This document shows, one piece after another, positions 35,035 through 43,566 of a DNA stretch of 52,934 bases (positions are counted from its first letter, which is position 1; each line of letters begins with the position of its first letter). This DNA comes from Candidatus Pacearchaeota archaeon (GTDB taxonomy: Archaea; Nanobdellota; Nanobdellia; Pacearchaeales; GW2011-AR1). The stretch spans positions 1 to 52,934 of the forward strand of contig JAFCDH010000001.1 of assembly GCA_017609795.1 (NCBI GenBank), given 5' to 3'. Both the position numbers and the translations under genes were made by a program. Under the pieces are notes generated by a model. That model worked only from the letters and a program-made list of their open reading frames with translations. It had not been told where the DNA came from and searched no databases.

Positions 35035-35982
35035 TTAATCGCTGAAGTGAGTTTTACTTGTTTTTTGCTGAGATAGGTCAGTATCTGCGCCACCAAGCAA
35101 GTTTTCTTGTTCGTCTTCTGCTCCAAACTTAATTCCGTCTATAGTAGAATAACCTGGTTCAAGATATAATGCAGTGTCTATAAGTTGTCCCTGTATCCAA
35201 GATAAATCTCCTGGTGCTGTACTTCCAATTTTAACAACTGCATAAGTAATAATTGTACCATCTGTTGCGTAAGCATCACTGTCTCTTTGAAAACAATATA
35301 GTGTATGTTCTACTAAACTTGGGTCTTTTCTTCCTGGACAAGGTATTTCTGTATATTTTCCACCTGCACTGTCTGCTTTAGTGATTGTTATATCTTCTAT
35401 AACAGTCCTAGTCCCATTAGTTTCATAAACAATTATTGGTTTTCTTACTCCACTGTTACTAACATTAACTTTCCACTTTGCTCTAAATTCTTCTGTTGCT
35501 CCTGCTGTACCTGAAATGTTTTGATTAAGGTCAACTGGGTCATCCATTGCAGATAAAGTTAATCCTCCTCTCAAAACTAATTTTGTTGTTACTGTATGTT
35601 TTGGTTTGTTTCCACAATTAGCTGAAAACTTCTTAGCCAAATATCCTGAACTTTCTCCTAACTTATTATAAGCCCAAATATCATAATCTGTATTTACTCT
35701 TGCTGTTACTGTATCTTTTCCATCATCTCCTGCTTCACCTGAATCGAAAAATGTCCCATCTCCATTGAACATAATATAAGAAGCATTAACATTAGTATCT
35801 GTTGTTGATAATTCATCTTTGAATTTCAATATCAAATCACATTGTAAATCACTTGGAACAAGTTCATCATCAACACCATCATCAGCTGGTCCACCAATAT
35901 AGCCTGCACTGTAAGCGAAATAAATAGCAATAAGAACTACTGCAATCCATATAACCGGATTTGCTTTTCCTAATTTATTCAT
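35035..35982 (-). CDS. candidate major structural protein with pilin-like (class III-like) N-terminus
   Basis: MNKLGKA-NPVIWIAVVLIAIYFAYSA resembles archaeal prepilin N-termini; appears monocistronic, with its own upstream region and a terminator hairpin. Confidence 0.6.
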   Translation of the reverse strand: MNKLGKANPVIWIAVVLIAIYFAYSAGYIGGPADDGVDDELVPSDLQCDLILKFKDELSTTDTNVNASYIMFNGDGTFFDSGEAGDDGKDTVTARVNTDYDIWAYNKLGESSGYLAKKFSANCGNKPKHTVTTKLVLRGGLTLSAMDDPVDLNQNISGTAGATEEFRAKWKVNVSNSGVRKPIIVYETNGTRTVIEDITITKADSAGGKYTEIPCPGRKDPSLVEHTLYCFQRDSDAYATDGTIITYAVVKIGSTAPGDLSWIQGQLIDTALYLEPGYSTIDGIKFGAEDEQENLLGGADTDLSQQKTSKTHFSD

Positions 35983-36179
35983 TTTTATTTATTTTTTTGT
36001 CTAACTAAAAATCACCAAAACTTTTAGACAATTTAATACCAAAAAACCCTTTCTGGTAAGTATCACAAATAATGAATGTTAGGCAAATATTGAATGTTAA
36101 ATCAACCACCTATAAGGTTTTAGAGGTTGGTAATTTTCAATATTTTAAATAAGTTAATGTTTATAAATATATTCAAACT

Positions 36180-36196
36180 ATGTATTACAAATACAT
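36180..36196. promoter_or_regulatory. palindromic operator candidate upstream of the RHH gene
   Basis: ATGTATT-ACA-AATACAT, 7-bp arms, about 20 nt upstream of TATA-like TTTTATAAAG (36216-36225). Confidence 0.4.
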
Positions 36197-36248
36197 CATT
36201 GTGAGTAACAGAAAGTTTTATAAAGTATGTTTGTGTGTATAATTGTGT

Positions 36249-36410
36249 ATGGAGAACACAAAGACTTACAGATTAGAAGTTAGTGAAGATGTTTGGAATA
36301 AATTTAGGGCATATTTAAGAAAAGTTTATTGGGAAGAAGATGTGACGGTTAATGAGGGGGTTGTAAGATTAATAAAAAAATTTATTGAAGAAAATGAAAA
36401 TGGAAAATGA
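36249..36410 (+). CDS. ribbon-helix-helix (CopG/Arc-like) regulator, 53 aa
   Basis: Hand-translated MENTKTYRLEVSEDVWNKFRAYLRKVY...; beta-strand then two helices; below the track cutoff. Confidence 0.5.
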   Translation: MENTKTYRLEVSEDVWNKFRAYLRKVYWEEDVTVNEGVVRLIKKFIEENENGK

Positions 36411-36515
36411 ATAAATTTAAATACCTTAATATCTTAAATAAATTGTCTCCAAGGGGTTTTTTAACTCTTTTTGACAATCAACAACCAACATTTGGACAAC
36501 ATTCAAAATTCAAAA

Positions 36516-38261
36516 ATGGAGCAAAATTTTACTAGCCAGTATCTCAACTTTTTAAAAAAAGAAGGATTGATAGATGAAATAATAAGTGGGGCAACAAACA
36601 ACCCAGTAGATACAATTACCTTTTCTAAAACTCAAGATTCTTTTTCTTTTCCACAACCAAATTTAATTTATAGTAAAAATAATAGAGAAGAAATTGAACC
36701 TTATATTATAGAGTTAGATTACCAAGCCAAAAAATTAAAAGAATTAGGATTAGAAATCATTTCAAGAAGAATAAAAAAGAAATGGAAAAAGGGGCAGACT
36801 GTTGAATATAAATTAAGAAAAAAATCTTTTTTTGATGATGAATACATAGAAATCTTAAAAGGGATTCCTGCTAATCACAAGGTAAGAATTGACAAAGCAA
36901 ATGGAAAAGCTAAATTAGTTGGTCCTAATTGCAGAAACAAACTAAACATAAAAGGAGAAACAGATTGGATTTATTTTCAAGGACAAAAAAGAGAATATAA
37001 AAAAAATATAGAAGATGATTTTTCTCTGCCAGACATTTCTTTAACTAAACCAAAACCATTAAAGATGGCAATAAAAGATATTCCTATTATGGTTGGATTG
37101 GATGGAAGCATAGTCTGTATCCCCCACAGACACGAGCCAAATAATATTGCTGTTGTTGGAAGCAAGGGGACAGGAAAAACCCTAATACTTAATAGGCTTG
37201 CTTCAGAAATTCTTTGGAATTGGAAAGAAGCTCCCATAATTATAAATGACATCCAGCAAGAATGTGAGGTTTGGAGTGAGCCTTTAGAAAATATAGAATG
37301 GGCTAATCACTTAAAACTTATAGATGAAAAACCTTTTGCTTCTCCAATTATTTATATTTATCCTCACACTTCAGATTTAAAATTAGATTATAATGAATTA
37401 AAAAGCCAGATAAATTTTGTTGAAACAACACTTCCTTTTTCAGAAGTAATCAATAAAGCGGAAATTTATTTGAAATTAGAAAAAGACAAGGGAACAATAA
37501 GATATATTTGGGGGATGAAAGAAGAGCTATTGGGATGTGAAACCCCGGGGGAAGTTACTAGTTTAATCGAAGAGAAATATGACCAAAGGAAATATGAGAC
37601 TATGAAAAACAAAATGGTTGTTAGTTTTGAGAATGTCTTTAATGATGAAATCCTTAATATAACTAATAAAGAATATCCTTGTTTTTTAGAAAGTGGTGAC
37701 TTTAAAGGAAATCCTTTTGTTGTCTTAGCTAAGATTGGATTGATTCCTTGTTTTGAAACTTATGATTTAAACAACAAAAGATATATGCCAGAAGTGATAA
37801 GCTATCATTTAGAAAGTATTTTTGAAAGTAAATTTAGAGGAAAAATTTTAGAAGGGAAAACTGTCTATATAATATTTGATGAATTAACTCACATTTGTTC
37901 TGATGATAATAAAAATTCTGCTTATGATTCTGTCTGTAAATTATATACAAGGGGAAGAAAATTAGGAATTGGAAATGTTTGTGCAACACAAAACTATTCT
38001 AAGATTCCAAGAAAGGTCAAAAATAATATTGACTTTGTTTTTGCTTTTAAACATTCAAGTGAAGAAGAAGTAACCTTAATTAAAAAAGATTATGATTTAA
38101 AAGATATAGATAAAGATGAGATATTTAATTTAGAAAGTTTTGAGGTTTTAGGAATTACCAACGAATATTTTAATTGTTATAAAAATGGGGAAATAAATAA
38201 AAAAAAAGTTGTTCAGGGAAAAATAATTTTTCCAATGAGCAACCACATGGCGCCGTTATAA
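36516..38261 (+). CDS. HerA/FtsK/VirB4-superfamily P-loop ATPase
   Basis: Track ORF from TTG 36471; first ATG at 36516; Walker A VVGSKGTGKT, Walker B VYIIFDELTH, RGRKLGIGNVCATQNYSKIP. Confidence 0.75.
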   Translation: MEQNFTSQYLNFLKKEGLIDEIISGATNNPVDTITFSKTQDSFSFPQPNLIYSKNNREEIEPYIIELDYQAKKLKELGLEIISRRIKKKWKKGQTVEYKLRKKSFFDDEYIEILKGIPANHKVRIDKANGKAKLVGPNCRNKLNIKGETDWIYFQGQKREYKKNIEDDFSLPDISLTKPKPLKMAIKDIPIMVGLDGSIVCIPHRHEPNNIAVVGSKGTGKTLILNRLASEILWNWKEAPIIINDIQQECEVWSEPLENIEWANHLKLIDEKPFASPIIYIYPHTSDLKLDYNELKSQINFVETTLPFSEVINKAEIYLKLEKDKGTIRYIWGMKEELLGCETPGEVTSLIEEKYDQRKYETMKNKMVVSFENVFNDEILNITNKEYPCFLESGDFKGNPFVVLAKIGLIPCFETYDLNNKRYMPEVISYHLESIFESKFRGKILEGKTVYIIFDELTHICSDDNKNSAYDSVCKLYTRGRKLGIGNVCATQNYSKIPRKVKNNIDFVFAFKHSSEEEVTLIKKDYDLKDIDKDEIFNLESFEVLGITNEYFNCYKNGEINKKKVVQGKIIFPMSNHMAPL

Positions 38262-38290
38262 AATGATGAAATTAAATTTAAGGAGAAACA

Positions 38291-38962
38291 ATGAAAAAAT
38301 TGATTTTATTTAGTTTAATCTTTTTGTTTACACTAACAACAATAACAACAGTTTTAGCTTGGGAAGAAAGTTTAATCAAAGTTCCAATAAGAATCAAGTG
38401 GGATGTTGATGACAAAAATACAGCAAGAATAGTTATTGAAGGAGAAAATTTACAATGGTCTAAAACAATTCATTATGACACAACCATTAATAATGATACA
38501 AACCAAACCATCGGACTTCCTTCAGCCTGGATTGAAGATTTAGAGATAATCTTAATCAGAAAGTTTGGAAACTATACTGATGTTCAATATGCAATTATGG
38601 AATGTAATAAGATGGCCAATTTTTCAGATAAGTGGGAAATGTGTTTAGAACAGAGAACATATTTTGAATTACAGATTTTAAATGAGATGGTGAATAAAAG
38701 TGATTACGAAAATTTAGAAAACAATTTAAGTATAAAAATTGATGAATGGAAAACCAAATATAGTTCAGATACAAGTAGCAAGGATACAGAAATAACTGTT
38801 TTAACAGAAGAGAGAGATAGATTAACTTCTCAAAAAACAAGATGGCAATGGATTGGAATAATTGGAGTTTGTGTTGCAGCATACTTAGGACATAAATATA
38901 AGGGTTGGGGAAAAAGAAAACAAGAAGAAGAAACTGAATTACCTAAAGACACAAGCGTTTAA
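38291..38962 (+). CDS. secreted protein with C-terminal TM anchor
   Basis: AGGAGA RBS; signal peptide; TM WIGIIGVCVAAYLG. Confidence 0.6.
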   Translation: MKKLILFSLIFLFTLTTITTVLAWEESLIKVPIRIKWDVDDKNTARIVIEGENLQWSKTIHYDTTINNDTNQTIGLPSAWIEDLEIILIRKFGNYTDVQYAIMECNKMANFSDKWEMCLEQRTYFELQILNEMVNKSDYENLENNLSIKIDEWKTKYSSDTSSKDTEITVLTEERDRLTSQKTRWQWIGIIGVCVAAYLGHKYKGWGKRKQEEETELPKDTSV

Positions 38963-38977
38963 ATTAAAAAGTTTAAA

Positions 38978-39148
38978 ATGGAATGTAATCATCCTGCGTA
39001 TAGGAAGGAAATCAAAGAAGGTAAAGAAGTGTTAACTTGCACTCATTGTGAAAATGAATTTGGAGAAGAAGAAATAGATGAATTCAAAAAAATATTAGAA
39101 AATGGCAAAGAAATATCCAGGACAAGAGATACAAAGAGAACCTCCTGA
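38978..39148 (+). CDS. zinc-ribbon ORF (56 aa)
   Basis: MECNHP...LTCTHCENEF; overlaps the next ORF by 47 nt. Confidence 0.3.
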   Translation: MECNHPAYRKEIKEGKEVLTCTHCENEFGEEEIDEFKKILENGKEISRTRDTKRTS

Positions 39149-39650
39149 AGAGGGCTGGGGTCAAATAATCTTTATAGATTCTTTAAAAGCCCAAGTAGCT
39201 GGAGCAAAAGAATTTAAAAAAGATGGGGTGGAATTAATAGAATTTTATTTAATGCCTTTTGATTCAACTGCAAAAAGATTTGGAATAGACTTAAAAAAAG
39301 ATTTAGATAATAGAGGGTATTGTTATAAAGTTTATCCAAAAGAGGTGATTATAAACTTAAATGAATATGACCCCGGAAGAAGATTTTATTTGTCTTTTTT
39401 AAATTGGGCAGGAAAAAAATCTGGAGCAAGTGATAAGATTTTAGGATTAGCACAAGCAGAAGATATTATTAGATTAAAAAGAAAAATAAGAGAATTAATG
39501 GCACACAATGAAGAATTAAAAAATGAAAATTTTATAATAAAGCATAATGAAAAAAAACATATTAAAGACACAATGGATGGTGTGATAAATCCATTAATGC
39601 CTTTTATTAAAGGACTTTTAGAATCAGAAGCAAAGAAGGAGGAATCATAA
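39102..39650 (+). CDS. hypothetical protein with C-terminal coiled coil
   Basis: Track ORF. Confidence 0.55.
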   Translation: MAKKYPGQEIQREPPEEGWGQIIFIDSLKAQVAGAKEFKKDGVELIEFYLMPFDSTAKRFGIDLKKDLDNRGYCYKVYPKEVIINLNEYDPGRRFYLSFLNWAGKKSGASDKILGLAQAEDIIRLKRKIRELMAHNEELKNENFIIKHNEKKHIKDTMDGVINPLMPFIKGLLESEAKKEES

Positions 39651-40267
39651 TGGAAGAGGAAGTAGAAACAACTGAAGAAGAAGCTTATGAAGAAGAGGAT
39701 TGGGAAGATGATGAAGAAAAAGAAGAGCCCCAACTTTATGTTCGTGGAGGAGATAAGGATGTTGTAGATATTTTCCATACTCAATCTGAAAATGCAAAAA
39801 AACAATTAAAAACAAAAATAAATGAATTTAATAAATGGATTAATGAAAGAGAAGGGTTAAAAGACTTACCAAATGTAAGGATGGCACTAGAGATACATAA
39901 TCAAATTATAAATGTTATGATGTGTTTAATTAGAGAAGCTAGGATTTTACAAAAGATTAAAAACCAATCAATCACTTATGTAAGGAATGAAAAAGAAAAA
40001 GCAAAAACAAAATATGAAAAAAAAATTAAAGCACTAGAGGAGAGAATAGAAAAACTCAAAGAAAAAGAAAAAACAATACTCAAACCTCACCAAATAGAAA
40101 TCTGTAAAAGAATCGTGGCTGGGGAGACACAAGTTGATTTAGCAAAGAAACTTAAATTGAATAGAGACACCTTAGTAAGATGGTATAGAATATACAAAAA
40201 GATGCCGAAAAACACGTCACAACAAGAAAAACCCAAAAATAATATTGAAGATTTGAAAAAAACATAA
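39650..40267 (+). CDS. acidic N-terminus + coiled coil + C-terminal HTH protein
   Basis: ICKRIVAGETQVDLAKKLKLNRDTLVRWYRIYKK. Confidence 0.5.
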   Translation: MEEEVETTEEEAYEEEDWEDDEEKEEPQLYVRGGDKDVVDIFHTQSENAKKQLKTKINEFNKWINEREGLKDLPNVRMALEIHNQIINVMMCLIREARILQKIKNQSITYVRNEKEKAKTKYEKKIKALEERIEKLKEKEKTILKPHQIEICKRIVAGETQVDLAKKLKLNRDTLVRWYRIYKKMPKNTSQQEKPKNNIEDLKKT

Positions 40268-40309
40268 ACCCCCAGAAAAATTCACCTTAATTAAATAAAT
40301 GAAAACAAA

Positions 40310-40621
40310 ATGGAAGAAAAACAGGAATATGAAGGACACATTTTAACTATTGGAAAAAAAGATGTTGATAGGTATGTTTATACTATAATGAAGTTATTAC
40401 AGTCACATAACTACGAGAAACACCAAGAATTAATAGTACATACAATAGAATCAAATCTTTTTAAGACAGAACAAGTTTTAAGTTTGTTTAGAAATCTAAA
40501 AGTTTTAGAAGAGATTAATAGAGAAAAGAAAACCATAGAGAAACTAAAAGATGATGGAACCAGCTATACTTTAGAAACTATTGAAATAACTTTAAAACTT
40601 AACCCAAGACTTAGACATTAA
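40310..40621 (+). CDS. hypothetical protein
   Basis: Track ORF; TTAATTAAATAAATGAAA box at 40287-40304. Confidence 0.55.
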   Translation: MEEKQEYEGHILTIGKKDVDRYVYTIMKLLQSHNYEKHQELIVHTIESNLFKTEQVLSLFRNLKVLEEINREKKTIEKLKDDGTSYTLETIEITLKLNPRLRH

Positions 40622-40627
40622 ATTCTA

Positions 40628-41179
40628 ATGGCAGATATTGAAACAGAACAAGAGTTTGAAGAAGTAAAAAAACGTAGGACTGGGGGGTTTAATCAACTTA
40701 TTAAAAATACTAAGGGCTGGGTTTTTGTTGTAATTATATTTTTAATCATGTTATTTGTTTGGACTTTAAGAGACCCTGAAATGAAAAACCAAGCAATACT
40801 TATGGGGGGCGTTATTGTTGCTTTAGTTTTCTTCTTTACAAAAAAAGCAGAATCAGCAGGATTGATTTCTGAAGATGTTGCAAAAAAAATTGCTGTCAAA
40901 GGATTGGAAGATAAAAAAGAAGAATATCATATTTCTTCTGGCTCAGATATAGCCCCAACTAATTTTTGTAGATTAGGGAAAAATAGTTTTGGAGATTATG
41001 ATGAATGGCATATTGGAATTAAAGTTGAAAGTGAATTTGGAAAAATAGATTATTGGAGAATTGATATTGATTGTTATACTGGAGGGATTACAGGAATTGT
41101 TGAAACACCAACAGGATTTACTGGAGATGAAATTCCTAATGTAAAATATGTAACTCCAAAATATTATACAGAAGAATGA
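40628..41179 (+). CDS. membrane-anchored protein (weak PepSY-like C-terminus)
   Basis: 2 TM; WRIDIDCYTGGITGIVE. Confidence 0.5.
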   Translation: MADIETEQEFEEVKKRRTGGFNQLIKNTKGWVFVVIIFLIMLFVWTLRDPEMKNQAILMGGVIVALVFFFTKKAESAGLISEDVAKKIAVKGLEDKKEEYHISSGSDIAPTNFCRLGKNSFGDYDEWHIGIKVESEFGKIDYWRIDIDCYTGGITGIVETPTGFTGDEIPNVKYVTPKYYTEE

Positions 41180-42102
41180 TTATTATATTTTCCACACCTA
41201 GAACCCAATGTTCCAATTAATTTAGAATCTTGATAAATCTCATTCAATTCACAATTATTTTCACAATCTTCACAATTTCTTATTTTAGTTTCAAAATCAT
41301 GATTAATCAAATTAAATCCTTTAAATCTTGTCTGTTTAATTCTAGCATTTTTAATCATTAAAGCAATTCCAATTGCCCCCATAACATCACAATAATCTGG
41401 AACAATAACTTCATAATCTAATTGTTCTTCAAAAGCTTTTACAATAGCTTTATTTTTAGCAGTTGCTCCTTGATAAATAAATGGTGGTTTTAAATCAATT
41501 CCTTTTGCCATAGTCAAATAATTATTAACTAATCCTCTGCATACCCCCATTAAAATATCTGATTTATTTTGACCTGAATTTAATTTACTAACAACTGTAG
41601 ATTGCATAAATACCCCACACTTTGTTGGAAAGTCTATTTTGTTGTAACTTTGTAATGCTAAATCTCCTACATCTTCAATTTTAATTCCCATACGGGTTGC
41701 TATGGCTTCTAAAGAACTTCCTGTTCCTGCTGAACAAATCATATTCATTCTGAAGTCTTCTAAAATCCCATTATTTAAAACCATTAATTTTGAATCTTCT
41801 CCACCAATATCAAAAATAGTTCTAACATTTGGATAATACTTTAAGGTGCCTATGGTATGTGCAAGGATTTCTGTTTTAATTAAATCTGCTCCAACAAGAA
41901 GCCCAGCAAAATTTCTTCCTGAACCAGTAACACCAACCCCCTTAATCCCCTCACAAACAACGTGCTCTAAACCCTTTTGTATTGTTTCTATAAGTCCTTG
42001 ATTTCTTAAATAAATTGAATTAATAACTTTATCTTTTTCATTAACTATAGCTAATTTTACTGATACGCTTCCACAATCAATTCCTAAATATTTATTTCCC
42101 AT
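41164..42102 (-). CDS. BcrA/BadF/HgdC-type ATPase (radical-enzyme activase family, ASKHA fold)
   Basis: LGIDCGSVSVKLA phosphate-1; DIGGEDSK; cluster Cys in MICSAGTGS and PTKCGVF; C-terminal CEDCENNC..C. Confidence 0.8.
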   Translation of the reverse strand: MGNKYLGIDCGSVSVKLAIVNEKDKVINSIYLRNQGLIETIQKGLEHVVCEGIKGVGVTGSGRNFAGLLVGADLIKTEILAHTIGTLKYYPNVRTIFDIGGEDSKLMVLNNGILEDFRMNMICSAGTGSSLEAIATRMGIKIEDVGDLALQSYNKIDFPTKCGVFMQSTVVSKLNSGQNKSDILMGVCRGLVNNYLTMAKGIDLKPPFIYQGATAKNKAIVKAFEEQLDYEVIVPDYCDVMGAIGIALMIKNARIKQTRFKGFNLINHDFETKIRNCEDCENNCELNEIYQDSKLIGTLGSRCGKYNNHSSV

Positions 42103-43003
42103 TTTTTACCTTAATCAATTCAATAAAAGTTTCAAGACGAGTTTCCAAATTAGCTTCTGAATTATTTTCATCTATTGGAATTCTTAAAAGAGGAGTCTTA
42201 TTTTCTTGACAAATATGATTAATAAATGGTTCAACAGTGGTTTCTGGCATACAACTTAAAGGCAAGATATGAATTATTCCATTAACCCCTCTATCAATTA
42301 ATTCTAAAAGATGAGAAACATTTTCTATTCCATGCCCCCCAAGTTTTCCATTAAAATATTTTTCAGCTTGTCTTTCATATTTTGTTTTTCTATTAATAAT
42401 AGGTAAAAAATTATGATTTAAAAAATCTGAAATTGTAACAGCATTATAAGGATTAGCAACATATTTTTTTATCTTTTCTTCAATATTTTGATTTATAGTT
42501 TCATCAATTGCTGAATAAATCTCTCCAACAATTCCAATGTTTGGTTTTTCTTTACTCCAAATTCTTTTATTATCATGAGCTTTAATATCCTTAATTAAAT
42601 TATAAAAGGTTTTAATAATTTGATAATAAGATTTTCCACTAAACTTTTTCATTAATTTCAAAGCGTTTTTTCTATTAATCCCATATAATTCAAAATCTTC
42701 ATAGCCAAGATTTTTTAAAGTAAATTCCTGAATCTTATGATAATGTTTGAGCCGACATTGCCCAAGAGAATCGTACATTAATAAAACATTTGCTCCATTA
42801 TCTAAAGCTTCCATAAAATTTCCAAGTGTAACTTTATAAGGAAAGCACATCATATCTGATGAATGTCTTACTCCAAGATTATAAGTTTTTTTAGTTGTTT
42901 TGGGTGGAAGCTGAATACTTAATCCTAATTTTTCTAAATTTCTCTTTATAAGTTTTGTATATTCTCTCCCGATGTATGGAAAACTAATTATTCTTTTTTC
43001 CAT
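42092..43003 (-). CDS. DUF2229-like partner of CoA-enzyme activases
   Basis: FPYIGREY..LPP..G...SSDMMCFPYK..GQCRL; 11-nt overlap with the activase gene. Confidence 0.6.
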   Translation of the reverse strand: MEKRIISFPYIGREYTKLIKRNLEKLGLSIQLPPKTTKKTYNLGVRHSSDMMCFPYKVTLGNFMEALDNGANVLLMYDSLGQCRLKHYHKIQEFTLKNLGYEDFELYGINRKNALKLMKKFSGKSYYQIIKTFYNLIKDIKAHDNKRIWSKEKPNIGIVGEIYSAIDETINQNIEEKIKKYVANPYNAVTISDFLNHNFLPIINRKTKYERQAEKYFNGKLGGHGIENVSHLLELIDRGVNGIIHILPLSCMPETTVEPFINHICQENKTPLLRIPIDENNSEANLETRLETFIELIKVKNGK

Positions 43004-43514
43004 TTCTTTTTTTCTTTAATCTTTTAAATATAATTATGACTAAGGTAATTAAAATTATAAGACCAATTACTATACAAAGTGCAAGCCAATTAATATCTTT
43101 TTCAAGTTGTTCAATTAATTCATCTGGTAATGGAATAGGTTGAGTTGTTTGGTTAGGTGTTGTTTCATTAATTTCTACTTCTTTTTTCTTTCTCCAAGGA
43201 TAAGTATAATATCCTCCATCACCAGGTTCTTCTTCACTACCCCCACTACTATAATATTCTTCAACAACTTCTTTTCCCTTATAACCATAAAATACTATCT
43301 CAAAACTTCCAACTTTATAATCTAAAGGGATAATTATTGTTGCTATTAAATTGTTTACTGAAATATTTAAAGAACTTGTATTCCCCTCAATTGTGTAATT
43401 TGAATATGATTCAAATTCATTTAAATTTACTTCTATAGAATCTCCTGGATAATAAGCACTAACTAAATTTATTAAATTTAATATTAATATTATAGTTATT
43501 ATTTGTATTTTCAT
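42984..43514 (-). CDS. secreted protein with C-terminal TM anchor
   Basis: Signal peptide, TM near the C-terminus, basic tail. Confidence 0.55.
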   Translation of the reverse strand: MKIQIITIILILNLINLVSAYYPGDSIEVNLNEFESYSNYTIEGNTSSLNISVNNLIATIIIPLDYKVGSFEIVFYGYKGKEVVEEYYSSGGSEEEPGDGGYYTYPWRKKKEVEINETTPNQTTQPIPLPDELIEQLEKDINWLALCIVIGLIILITLVIIIFKRLKKKRNGKKNN

Positions 43515-43566
43515 TTGTTTCTCCTCAATAAATAAAAAAATAAAAAAATAAAAAATTTAAATCTTT

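Noticed and set aside
38978-39650. Programmed frameshift joining the 56-aa zinc-ribbon ORF to ORF 39102..39650 (47-nt overlap)
   Set aside because: The downstream frame is +1 relative to the upstream one, and I see no slippery heptamer or stimulatory structure in the overlap. A simple overlapping gene pair is the more economical explanation.
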